Positions 7,803-15,936 are shown, counted from the first letter of the stretch. The stretch is DNA of 64,000 nucleotides from Myxococcota bacterium (GCA_965223415.1 OZ245002.1:2528001-2592000); one strand, 5' to 3'. Notes: generated by a model not told the origin, from the letters alone. Translations and numbers: made by a program.

Positions 7803-7968
7803 TGTGTTCCAACGAAGACGGTAGGCGGGCAGCTGACTGCGGCCCATGAGCCCTTGGCCCCGATTCACCACCGTCGCCCCGAACCCCTCATTGAGCCCAC
7901 GAGGCCGACAACGCGTTTGGACTGAACCCGAACCCGCAGGGACGCAAGCCGATTCCGTTGGAGGACAC
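7803..7968 (+). ncRNA. seek/bridge RNA of IS1111-B
   Basis: Closing stem GTGTTCCAACG / CGTTGGAGGACAC. Inner stem GACGGT/ACCGTC encloses GCAGCTGAC (7829-7837), the exact reverse complement of the right flank GTCAGCTGC (8022-8030). Confidence 0.7.
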
Positions 7969-8021
7969 CACCAAGACCCACACGTGCTTCGCGATCATTG
8001 GAGTTGACACTCCCTAAACGG

Positions 8022-8037
8022 GTCAGCTGCAGCCGCT
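8022..8037 (-). other. attC site 4, L'' segment (between IS1111-B and IS110-C)
   Basis: GTCAGCTGCAGCCGCT is identical to attC3 3498-3513, where it continues TGTTAGGC. Confidence 0.85.
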
Positions 8038-8064
8038 CCTATGATGCTAGGCATGGTTAGATGA

Positions 8065-8250
8065 AGCGGCCGGTGAGCAGAGGCACTGCCCACCGGCCTT
8101 TCTCAACCGGAGCGGAAGACCGGTAGCCGTCGGGTCCCTCGTGAGACCGTTAACCAGCTTGGGTCTCCGCTCCACAGCCGCAGCGAAGCTCGAACGATCG
8201 CCTGGGCCTCTTGCGAGAGCCCGTAACCAGGAGCCCGAGTTCGTTGCACC
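8065..8250 (+). ncRNA. bridge RNA of IS110-C
   Basis: 5' hairpin GGCCGGTG..CACCGGCC. Target loop closed by GGAGCGGA/TCCGCTCC holds GTAGCCG (8123-8129) and TAACCAGC (8151-8158). Donor loop holds AGGAG (8229-8233), complementary to the left end CT-CCT. Confidence 0.7.
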
Positions 8251-8262
8251 TTGGAGTCTACC

Positions 8263-8805
8263 ATGGGGATGAACGTCGGGATCGACGTCTCGAAACACTC
8301 GCTTGATTGGACCTCAGGAAGCAAGGGGAAGCTTCAGCACACCCGCAACGAGCCGCGGGCCATCGCCCACCTCCTGCGTCGGATGGCCGAGCTCGACCCC
8401 GAGCGCATCGTCGTCGAGTCGACCGGGGGCTACGAGCGCCCGGTGGTCCAGAAGCTCGCCGAGGCGGGACTCCCGGTCGTCGTCGTGAACCCGGTTCGCG
8501 TTCGGCGCTTCGCCGAAGGCCTGGGGCTGCTGGCGAAGACGGACGCGGCAGATGCGCAGGTGCTCGCACTCTACGGCGAGAAGGCCGGGCCGCCGATCCG
8601 GCCGATTCCGATGGGGAGAAGCCGTCTGCTGGCCGATCTCATCGCACGGCGCCGCCAGCTCGTCTCGATCCTGGTGGCCGAGAAGGGTCGGCGGGAAGCG
8701 GCGCCTCGAGCTGCGCAGGCCTCGATCACGAGGATTCTCCGTGCTCTCGAGCGCGAGGTCGACGGCATCGACCAGCGCATCCAGAAGGCGATCGAAGACG
8801 ACCTC
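8263..8805 (+). pseudogene. IS110 recombinase, N-terminal DEDD half only
   Basis: VGIDVSK, VVESTGGYE and AKTDAADA motifs. The frame runs into the IS21 end at 8806, and the C-terminal domain is not found after 11107. Confidence 0.88.
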
Positions 8806-8940
8806 TGTCGAGGGACGTCATCTCTTGCGCGCTAAGAGGACGGCTAGTTTTGCGCACCCCCCTGGGTTGATGTTCGGTTCTTCCTTCTTCTCTTCCGCTC
8901 TCCGAAGGAGAGCACGGCCGTCAGGCCGCCCTCTGGGGCC

Positions 8941-9741
8941 TCAACGCTGGGCGCTTTGCCCCGCGGCCTGCTCGAGCTCGCGGAGCCGGTAGCTCCGCCC
9001 CGAGATGTTGAGCACCTGGCTGTGGTGGAGGAGGCGATCGAGGATGGCGGTGGCCAGCACCTCGTCGCCCGCCAGCACCTCGGGCCAGTCGGCGATGCCC
9101 TTGTTCGTGGTGATCAGGATCGAGCCCCTCCCATAGCGGTAGGAGACGAGCCGGAAGAAGAGGCTCGCCTCCTGGCGCGTCATGGGCTCGAAGCCGACCT
9201 CGTCGATGACGAGGAGCGCCACGTTCATGTGCTTGCGCCGCCGCAGCCGTTGCGGGCTGATCTCGGCGTCGCGCTTGAGGGCCGCCAGCAGGTCCTCGAG
9301 GCGATGGAAGGCCACGGAGAAGCCGTTCTCCACGGCCCGCACCCCCAGGGCCACCGCCAGGTGGGTCTTGCCCACTCCCGGCGGACCCTGGATCAGCAGA
9401 CTCTCCTTGGCCCGGATCCACGCGCAGGTGCCCAGCGTCTCGATCCGGCTCCGCTCCACACTCGGCTGGAAGGCGAAGTCGAAGTTGCCGAGGGTCTGCC
9501 CCGTGGGAAGGCCCGAGAGACGGAGCGAGGTCTTCATCCTCCGCTCCTCGCGGTGCTGCAGCTCGGCCTCGAGCAGCAGGTCGAGGAAGCGGTGGGGCAC
9601 GAGGTCGTCCTTGGTCGCTCGGGCCAGCTCCTCGCCGATGTGCTCGGCCGCGTGATGGAGGCCGAGGCGCACGAGCCGCTCGCGGGTCGGGTCGAGATCC
9701 ACCTTGCCGCCCTTCTTGGGCACCGGGTTTCCCGCCGTCAT
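8941..9741 (-). CDS. istB: IS21 helper AAA+ ATPase
   Basis: FDFAFQP, GPPGVGKTHLA, LLVIDEVG, ITTNK and AILDRLLHH motifs. Confidence 0.95.
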   Translation of the reverse strand: MTAGNPVPKKGGKVDLDPTRERLVRLGLHHAAEHIGEELARATKDDLVPHRFLDLLLEAELQHREERRMKTSLRLSGLPTGQTLGNFDFAFQPSVERSRIETLGTCAWIRAKESLLIQGPPGVGKTHLAVALGVRAVENGFSVAFHRLEDLLAALKRDAEISPQRLRRRKHMNVALLVIDEVGFEPMTRQEASLFFRLVSYRYGRGSILITTNKGIADWPEVLAGDEVLATAILDRLLHHSQVLNISGRSYRLRELEQAAGQSAQR

Positions 9742-11024
9742 CGCGCCACCTCCGCCAGATCGGCATAGAGGTCGATCGGCCGCTGCTCCGGCTCCATCGC
9801 CCACAGCTCCTGGAGGCGTCGACCCATGCGCCCGAGCGGTACGGGCGCCTCCACCCCCTCCGTGCTCGGCCCCTCGTAGTGGCTCGGGTCCAGCAGCAGG
9901 CGGCTTCGCGTGTGGCGCGGGTGCGCGGCCACCACCGAGCCCTCGGCCCAGACCTGCACCTGCCGGGCGCAGCCGCGCACCTCGACGCTCTGCTCGACGA
10001 AGCGGAAGGGGACGCTGTAGGTACGCCCCTCGAAGCGCACCGTGGCGTCGCGCCCGACACGTCGCATCACGGCCAGGTCGAAGGGCTCGGGAAGCCGCTC
10101 GGGCAGGGCCCCGAGATGGGGCTTCTCCGCCTCCCACGCCTGGAAGACCGTCGTGCCCGTCGCCGGGCACTGCCGCCGGTGGCTCGAGCGCGCCACCTGG
10201 CCGTCCGTCCACGCTTGCAGCGACTCCAGGCTCTCGTGCTCCCGCCGACGCGGATCGAAGCCCCGCCGGTGCCCCAGGATCCGACGCTCCACCTTCCCCT
10301 TCTCCTGCGGCTGGCGGGGACGGGTGGCGTCCACGTGGAAGCGAAGGGCCCCGGCATAGCTCGCGTAAGCCGGGTTCACCGTCCCCCATGGCCCCGCCCC
10401 CTTCGCCACCGCTGTCTTCACGTTGTCGACCCGCAGCACCGCCGGCACCCCGCCCAGCCGCTCGAAGGCCCGGTTGTGCACGTCCAGCCACGCCAGCGTG
10501 TCCGCCCGCTCCGACCACACCACCGCTTCTCGCCGCGAGTGCGAGAGCACCAGGTGGAAGGCATGCAGGTCCACCTCCTGGCCCCCGATCCGCACGCCCG
10601 GAAACTCGCCCCAGTCCACCTGACCCTGCGCCCCGGGCGGTGTCTCCACCCGACGCCGGCTCCGCACCTTCGGTCTCGGGAACCGGGCCCGCACGTACCG
10701 CTGCACGCTCTTGGAGCTCCCCGTGTACCCGTGCTCCTCCACCAGGAACTCGTGAAGCTCCTGCAGGTTCACGCCACGGCCTCCCGAGCTCGCCTCCAGC
10801 CACTCCGCGATCACCTCGTGGACCGCCTCGGCCAGGAAGGGCTTCCCGCTCCGGCCGTCTCGCGCCCCCTCCGCCAGCCGCTTCAGCCGGTAGCGCACCG
10901 CGCTCTCCCGGATCCCCAGCTGGCGGGCGATCTCCCGGTTCGAGCACCCCCGCTCGTGCAGCACTTCGATCGTCATCACTTCCTCCTGCCTCAGTCGCCG
11001 CTGCCCCACGCCCCCCTCCCTCAC
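9738..11024 (-). CDS. istA: IS21 transposase
   Basis: N-terminal HTH, ETPPGAQGQVDWG, LSHSRR, VDNVKTAV, KGKVER and YSVP motifs. Overlaps istB by 4 bp. Confidence 0.95.
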   Translation of the reverse strand: MREGGVGQRRLRQEEVMTIEVLHERGCSNREIARQLGIRESAVRYRLKRLAEGARDGRSGKPFLAEAVHEVIAEWLEASSGGRGVNLQELHEFLVEEHGYTGSSKSVQRYVRARFPRPKVRSRRRVETPPGAQGQVDWGEFPGVRIGGQEVDLHAFHLVLSHSRREAVVWSERADTLAWLDVHNRAFERLGGVPAVLRVDNVKTAVAKGAGPWGTVNPAYASYAGALRFHVDATRPRQPQEKGKVERRILGHRRGFDPRRREHESLESLQAWTDGQVARSSHRRQCPATGTTVFQAWEAEKPHLGALPERLPEPFDLAVMRRVGRDATVRFEGRTYSVPFRFVEQSVEVRGCARQVQVWAEGSVVAAHPRHTRSRLLLDPSHYEGPSTEGVEAPVPLGRMGRRLQELWAMEPEQRPIDLYADLAEVAR

Positions 11025-11324
11025 GGGGAACGTGCCGCGCAGCGGCTCAACAGGAGGTGCGCAAATCTACGTGTCCTCTTAGCCCTCGAATATCACGTCC
11101 TGCGACAGTGCCGTCTGGTGCCGCCGCAGTTGTGCGTTCGAGTCCCCACCGCGTTTGCGAAATTGAGAACTGACCCTCAGGCTCGCGGAAGGAGGGTCAC
11201 TCGTAGCTTCCCGCCTAACCGCGAATGCCTGATCCAATAGGCTGAAAGGAATTCGAACCCCCGACCCTTGTATCTACTCCACTCACCCGGATCTGGTTCA
11301 ATAGGGTCAGAACGGGTTTCGGGG

Positions 11325-11465
11325 GAGGGTCGCCGTCCCGACCCAGAGGCATGGTCCTCGTACCTGAGAGAGGCGCCCTCGCCCGATCTCGCAAGCTCGA
11401 ACGGTATCCCGAGGCAGCGGTCTGCCGCTCGTCCTCGCATGCACAAGGAAGAGCACCGAGGTCGG
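11325..11465 (+). ncRNA. bridge RNA of IS110-D
   Basis: Target loop GAGGGTCGCC[GTCCCGACCCA]GAGG-CATGGT-CCTC[GTACCTGAGAGA]GGCGCCCTC. Donor guides ACGGTATC (11401-11408) and ACAAG (11443-11447). Confidence 0.85.
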
Positions 11466-11507
11466 CACCGAGGCTCCCGACGCTCCCGTTCGAGGAGGAA
11501 GAAGGGG

Positions 11508-12683
11508 ATGCGCTTCGTTGGGATCGACATCGCCTCGGAAACGCACGTCGTCGCGATGGTGGGAGAAGACGGGGGCGTGCTGCTGAAGCCGGTCTCGTTC
11601 CGGGAGGAGGCGGCTGGCTACGCACTGCTGTGGGAGAAGCTGGGAGGCCCCGAGGACACGCTCGTAACGCTCGAGGCAACGGGGCACTACTGGAAGAACC
11701 TGTTCGCGGCGCTTGCGGCGAGGGGTTTTGCCGTGGCGTTGATCAACCCGCTGCGCAGTCGCCGGTTCGCACAAGAAGACTTGGAGCGGACGAAGACCGA
11801 CGCAATCGATGCGCTCGGCCTGGCTCGCTTCGGAGCACAGAAGCGTCCGAGGGTGACTCGCCTTCCGGACGCGGCGACAGAAGAGCTTCGTGAGCTCGTC
11901 CGGCTCCGCGATCGTCTGGTTCAGGACTTCGGGGACTGCACCCGGCGGCTCCACCGCATGGTCGATCTGGGCTTCCCAGAGCTCAAACGGTACGTGAAGC
12001 ACCTCGATAGCCAGCTGTCGACGGGGCTGCTGCGGGAGTACCCCACGGCAAGAGCCTTCCAGGAAGCCTCTGTGGGGCGCGTGGCAAAGCTTCGCTACGA
12101 CGGTCGTCATCGTGTAGGCGATGCGCTCGCGAAGCAGCTCGTCGAGGCTGCGCAGAACTCGGTGGGCGCCCATCATGGCCCGGCCTACCAGGTGCAGGTG
12201 CGTTACCTGTGCGAAGACATGGACGTCTTGCGCAAGAGACTCGGCGACATCGACCGCGACATCGCGGATCAGCTATCCGCGCACGAGGTCGGAAGCTTGC
12301 TGACGACGATCGATGGGATCGGGCCGACGACGGCAGCACGGCTCATCGCGGAGCTCGGTGACCCGGCCGACTTCGCCACGGCCGCAGCCCTCGCCGCCTA
12401 CGTGGGCGTCGTTCCAGGCCTAAAGCAGTCGGGCAAGCGCCAAGGCAAACGCGGGAACCTCTCGCCAATCGGTCACGCGCGGCTACGTCGCGCACTGTGG
12501 ATGCCGACGTTGGTCGCCGTTCGGAAGAACCCCTGGGTGCGGGCCCACTACGAGCGGCTGCGCGACAACGGCAAGCCCGCAAAGGTCGCGCTGATCGCCT
12601 CGACGAGGAAGCTGCTCATCGCGGTTCACGTCGTGGCGAGGACCCGCAAGCCCTTCGTTCCACAGCTAGAGACCAACCCATGA
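11508..12683 (+). CDS. IS110-family recombinase
   Basis: VGIDIAS, LEATGHYW, KTDAIDA, YVGVVPGLKQSG and GHARLRRALW motifs. Confidence 0.95.
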   Translation: MRFVGIDIASETHVVAMVGEDGGVLLKPVSFREEAAGYALLWEKLGGPEDTLVTLEATGHYWKNLFAALAARGFAVALINPLRSRRFAQEDLERTKTDAIDALGLARFGAQKRPRVTRLPDAATEELRELVRLRDRLVQDFGDCTRRLHRMVDLGFPELKRYVKHLDSQLSTGLLREYPTARAFQEASVGRVAKLRYDGRHRVGDALAKQLVEAAQNSVGAHHGPAYQVQVRYLCEDMDVLRKRLGDIDRDIADQLSAHEVGSLLTTIDGIGPTTAARLIAELGDPADFATAAALAAYVGVVPGLKQSGKRQGKRGNLSPIGHARLRRALWMPTLVAVRKNPWVRAHYERLRDNGKPAKVALIASTRKLLIAVHVVARTRKPFVPQLETNP

Positions 12684-12773
12684 ACCGAGAAAACCGGGCC
12701 CAGCCCCTTGCTGAAGATCACGGTATCTCAGGTTCGAAGCCTGGGGGTCGGGGGCTCTCCCACCCCACGCGTC

Positions 12774-13322
12774 CTAGTCGAGGAATGCCCACAAGAGCCG
12801 TCGGCTCCTCGCGTCCAGGCTCCCCGGGCTCGACACCAGGTAGAGATCCCCGGCCACGTCCTTGATCAGGAGGCCGCCGCCGGGCATCTCGCGGGGCCAC
12901 TCGTCCCGGAGGGTCTGGAAGCTGCGCTCGCCCTGGGCCGTGCGCACGCGGAAGGTGCGGATCTCGATCTCCTCGTCCACGTCGAGCACCGCCTGGATCT
13001 CGAGCACGAAGCCCGCCTCGAGCAAGGCCGTGCCCAGCGCCCGCTGGGCCGTGTAGGGGAGGTCGGTGAGGTCGCGCACGAGCGCCACCTCCTCCTCGTC
13101 CCGGTCACGGAGCGAGACGTAGCGCGACGGCTTCGACCAGGGGAAGCAGCGCACGGGCCGCACCGAGCAGGTGCGGTCGGCAGTGCGCGCCCAGAGCTGG
13201 CCGTCGGAGCCACGCCACAGCTCGAGGCCCGCCATCGGGCGCCGCGGAGCCTGGTGCGCCACGGCGCGTCCGCGCCGGCTGGGTGCGAGGGTCTTCGGCT
13301 CTCGTCTCTGCGGGTCGTTCAT
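12774..13322 (-). CDS. DUF1854 domain protein
   Basis: VRPVRCFPWS.P..YVSL..EEVALV and GLLIKDVAGDLY..SLDARSRRLL motifs; in its usual position downstream of this ABC transporter family. Confidence 0.8.
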   Translation of the reverse strand: MNDPQRREPKTLAPSRRGRAVAHQAPRRPMAGLELWRGSDGQLWARTADRTCSVRPVRCFPWSKPSRYVSLRDRDEEEVALVRDLTDLPYTAQRALGTALLEAGFVLEIQAVLDVDEEIEIRTFRVRTAQGERSFQTLRDEWPREMPGGGLLIKDVAGDLYLVSSPGSLDARSRRLLWAFLD

Positions 13323-13353
13323 GGTTGTCCCTCGTTTCTTTCGTTCGTCTCGT

Positions 13354-15639
13354 TCATGCCTGGAGCTGCTGCTGGAGCTGCCACAGGTGTTGGAAGGTCC
13401 CCTCCGGCTTCGCCATCAGCTCGCCGGGCGTTCCACTCTCGGTGAGCCGGCCGTCCTCGATCACGAAGATGCGGTCGGCCCGCCGCAGGGTGGAGAGCCG
13501 GTGGGCGATGGCGAACACGGTGCGGCCCTCGGTGAGCCGCTCGAGCGCCTCCTGGATCTTGTACTCCGTCTCGGTATCGACGGCGCTGGTGGCCTCGTCG
13601 AGCACCAGGATGCGCGGATCGTGCAGGATGGCCCGCGCGATCGAGATCCTCTGGCGCTCGCCGCCGGAGAGCGTCTGCCCCCGCTCGCCCACCATCGTCT
13701 CGTAGCCGTTCGCGAGCTTGCAAAGGAAATCGTGGGCGTTGGCGGTGATCGCCGCCTCCACCACGTCGTCCTCGGTCGCGCCTGGCAGCCCGTAGCGGAT
13801 GTTCTCCATCACCGTGCCGTGGAAGAGGTACGGATCCTGGAGGACCATCCCGAGCTGACGCCGGAAGCTCCCGGTGTCGAGCCGGCGCACGTCGATGCCG
13901 TCGATGCGCACCTGCCCGCCCGTCACGTCGTAGAAGCGGGCCAGCAGGTTCGTCACCGTCGTCTTCCCGCCGCCGGAAGGCCCGACGAGACCGATCATCT
14001 CGCCCGGCTCCACCGCGAAAGAGACGCCCTGGATCACCTGGCGCACCCCGTCGTAGCCGAAGGTCACGTTCTCGAACTCGACCCTGCCCTCGACGGGCTC
14101 GAGGCGCACCGGGCAGCCGACGTCGACCACCTGGGGCTCGGTGTCGAGCACCTCGAAGATGCGGTGGGCGGAGCTGGTGGCGCGGTTCATGATGCGCGCC
14201 ATCTGCCCGATGATCTCGATCGGCTGCACGAACATGGTCATGTAGAGCAGGAACGCGACGAAGGTCCCGGACGTGAGCGTCGCGCCCATCTCCGAATCGC
14301 CGGGGATGACCCGCGGCAGCGCGAACACCCACACCAGCACCACCATCCCGCGCACGGCCAGCATCAGCGTCGGCCAGAACGAGGTCCACACCTCGTGGAT
14401 GCGGTTGAACTCGTCGGTCACGTTGTGGTTGCGCGCGCCGAAGCGCTCTTTCTCCCTCTCCTCCTGATGGAAAGCTTTCACGACCTTCATGCCGGGGATC
14501 GTGTCCGACACCACGTCGGTCACCGAGCTCCACTTGCGCCAGGCGCGCAGGAAGAGCTTGTTCATGCGCCGGCCGTGCCAGTAGACCCAGAGGCACAGGA
14601 AGGGCACCGGCAGGGTCATGATCAGCCCGAGCTTCCAGTCCAGGTGGATCAGCACCGCCGAGAGGCCGAGCAGCATCACGATGGAGAGCGACACGTCCAC
14701 GATGCCGAGCGCCAGGAACTCCCAGAGCCGGTCCGTATCCGCGGTGACCCGCGTGATGAGGCTTCCGGTCTTCTTCCTCGAGTAGAAGGAGAGCGAGAGC
14801 TTCTGCAGGTGCTCGTAGAGCTCGGTGCGCAGGTCTCGCGCCACGTGCTCGCCGAGCACGGCCATCCAGCGAAGCCGCGCCCAGGCGGCGAGCTGCCGCA
14901 GCAGGTAGCTCGCGGCGATCGCCACCACGGCGTACCAGGCGATCTGCTGCACGTCCGCCAGGGTCTTCGCCCCGTCCTGCACGGGCCGGATCACCTCGTC
15001 GACCAGGTAGCCGGTGAGGTAGGGCGGCACGAGCGAGAGCGCCGTCAGGACCGCCGCCGACGCCAGGCCGAAGATCACCTGCCCGCGGTAGGGCCGCAGG
15101 TAGCCGAGCAGCCGCCACACGACCGCCAGGTCGTTGCCGGCGACCAGCGCCTGGGCCTCCCGGATCGGGCCGGCCACGCTGTCCGCGTACTCCTCGTCCG
15201 GATCCGCCGGTGCGGGCACGGGCGAGCCGTCGAGGTCCCGCTCGATCAGGAACTGCAGGTTCTCCATCGCGCGACGCTGGCGGTGGGTGAAGCGGACGCG
15301 GGCGAGCGCCGGCTCCCCGGGCTCCCGCAGGAAGCGCAGGGTGTTGCAGGTGAGGCCCGGATCGAGCCGCACGGCCTGGATCGCCTCGCGGGCGAAGGTC
15401 TGCACGTCGAGCCGCCCGCCGAGGGCGCGGGCCACGGCCACGTGGCGCGGCCCGAGGGCGACCCACGACTCGGTGAGCTGGAGGCTGCCGTCGAGGTCCG
15501 CCAGCGCGTAGAGCTGGACGGGATCGCCGCCCCAGCCGTCCTCGATGGCCTCGCGCACGGCGCGCGGCATCGAGACGGGCTGGTCGGTGTATCGCTCGAG
15601 GATCTTGCGGTCAGTCGAGTCGGTCGGGTGCGCGAGCAT
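13354..15639 (-). CDS. ABC exporter, fused permease/ATPase with N-terminal extension (family paired with DUF1854)
   Basis: TM domain, GPSGGGKT, LSGGERQRISIARA, LVLDEATS and AHRLST motifs. Confidence 0.92.
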   Translation of the reverse strand: MLAHPTDSTDRKILERYTDQPVSMPRAVREAIEDGWGGDPVQLYALADLDGSLQLTESWVALGPRHVAVARALGGRLDVQTFAREAIQAVRLDPGLTCNTLRFLREPGEPALARVRFTHRQRRAMENLQFLIERDLDGSPVPAPADPDEEYADSVAGPIREAQALVAGNDLAVVWRLLGYLRPYRGQVIFGLASAAVLTALSLVPPYLTGYLVDEVIRPVQDGAKTLADVQQIAWYAVVAIAASYLLRQLAAWARLRWMAVLGEHVARDLRTELYEHLQKLSLSFYSRKKTGSLITRVTADTDRLWEFLALGIVDVSLSIVMLLGLSAVLIHLDWKLGLIMTLPVPFLCLWVYWHGRRMNKLFLRAWRKWSSVTDVVSDTIPGMKVVKAFHQEEREKERFGARNHNVTDEFNRIHEVWTSFWPTLMLAVRGMVVLVWVFALPRVIPGDSEMGATLTSGTFVAFLLYMTMFVQPIEIIGQMARIMNRATSSAHRIFEVLDTEPQVVDVGCPVRLEPVEGRVEFENVTFGYDGVRQVIQGVSFAVEPGEMIGLVGPSGGGKTTVTNLLARFYDVTGGQVRIDGIDVRRLDTGSFRRQLGMVLQDPYLFHGTVMENIRYGLPGATEDDVVEAAITANAHDFLCKLANGYETMVGERGQTLSGGERQRISIARAILHDPRILVLDEATSAVDTETEYKIQEALERLTEGRTVFAIAHRLSTLRRADRIFVIEDGRLTESGTPGELMAKPEGTFQHLWQLQQQLQA

Positions 15640-15684
15640 CGGTGGGCTTCCTTGCCCCGGGTCCGAACCTTGGAGTGCCGACCT

Positions 15685-15725
15685 AACGAAAACGGCCTTC
15701 CAGGCTCGCACCCGGAAGGCCGTTT
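15685..15725 (-). terminator. intrinsic terminator in the ABC-operon leader
   Basis: Minus strand AAACGGCCTTCC-GGGTGCGAGCCT-GGAAGGCCGTTTTCGTT, about 45 nt upstream of the ABC start codon. Confidence 0.75.
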
Positions 15726-15740
15726 GAAACGACGCGATTC

Positions 15741-15902
15741 CTAGGGTGCTGGGATTCTCTGAACGCCCTGGCTCTTGACCCGGCCATGGGGAATCCCGAA
15801 GAGGGACGGGCAGGCGTCACCGGTGAAGGCAGCGGCGGGCGCGCGGCGTACGCACACGGCCACGAAGACCGCGTCCCGGTTCTGATTCCCGATGGAGCTC
15901 AT
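15741..15902 (-). CDS. putative leader peptide (53 aa)
   Basis: ATG preceded by AGAGGTG; MSSIGNQNRDAVFVAVCVRRAPAAAFTGDAC...; the stop is 15 nt before the terminator. Confidence 0.5.
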   Translation of the reverse strand: MSSIGNQNRDAVFVAVCVRRAPAAAFTGDACPSLFGIPHGRVKSQGVQRIPAP

Positions 15903-15936
15903 GATCTCTGGATACACCTCTGCCAGTTGGGCGAGC

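Larger units (their letters stand above)
6647..8021 (+). mobile_element. IS1111-type element B, inserted beside the attC4 L'' box
   Basis: Sub-terminal IRs TAGGGAGGTCAGCTCC (6653-6668) and GGAGTTGACACTCCCTA (8000-8016), 6 nt and 2-3 nt from a shared (C)GG core. Long 3' non-coding region. The circle junction would give TTGACA-16-TATAGG. Confidence 0.9.
8038..8805 (+). mobile_element. IS110 element C (truncated by IS21), inserted at the CT in the attC4 L''-R'' spacer
   Basis: Identity to attC3 stops exactly after GCCG-CT. About 225 bp of structured non-coding DNA and an IS110 N-terminus follow. Confidence 0.85.
8806..11107 (-). mobile_element. IS21-family insertion sequence
   Basis: IRs TGTCG..GGACGT..GCTAAGAGGAC..TTTGCGCACC at both ends (TG...CA) enclose istA-istB. 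No target duplication (ACCTC vs GTGCC). Confidence 0.92.
11269..12728 (+). mobile_element. IS110 element D (CT core), inserted in a tRNA-like hairpin
   Basis: Left junction CCCGACC-CT-TGTATC (CT 11267-11268) and right junction ACGGTAT-CT-CAGGT (CT 12727-12728). Confidence 0.9.

Noticed and set aside
11241..12775. Intact tRNA-Arg gene
   Set aside because: Only the anticodon-to-T-arm part is tRNA-like. There is no D-arm or acceptor stem, the T-stem is degenerate, and IS110-D interrupts it.
1..12800. Integron integrase intI
   Set aside because: No ORF with tyrosine-recombinase R-H-R-H-Y motifs in the window.
13171..15744. Long antisense and alternative-frame ORFs (e.g. 13171..15744+, 38773..41601+, 50516..52837+, 54104..56983+, 61082..63784+)
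   Set aside because: They are shadow ORFs of GC-rich coding sequence, Arg/Pro/Gly-rich or antisense to well-supported genes.
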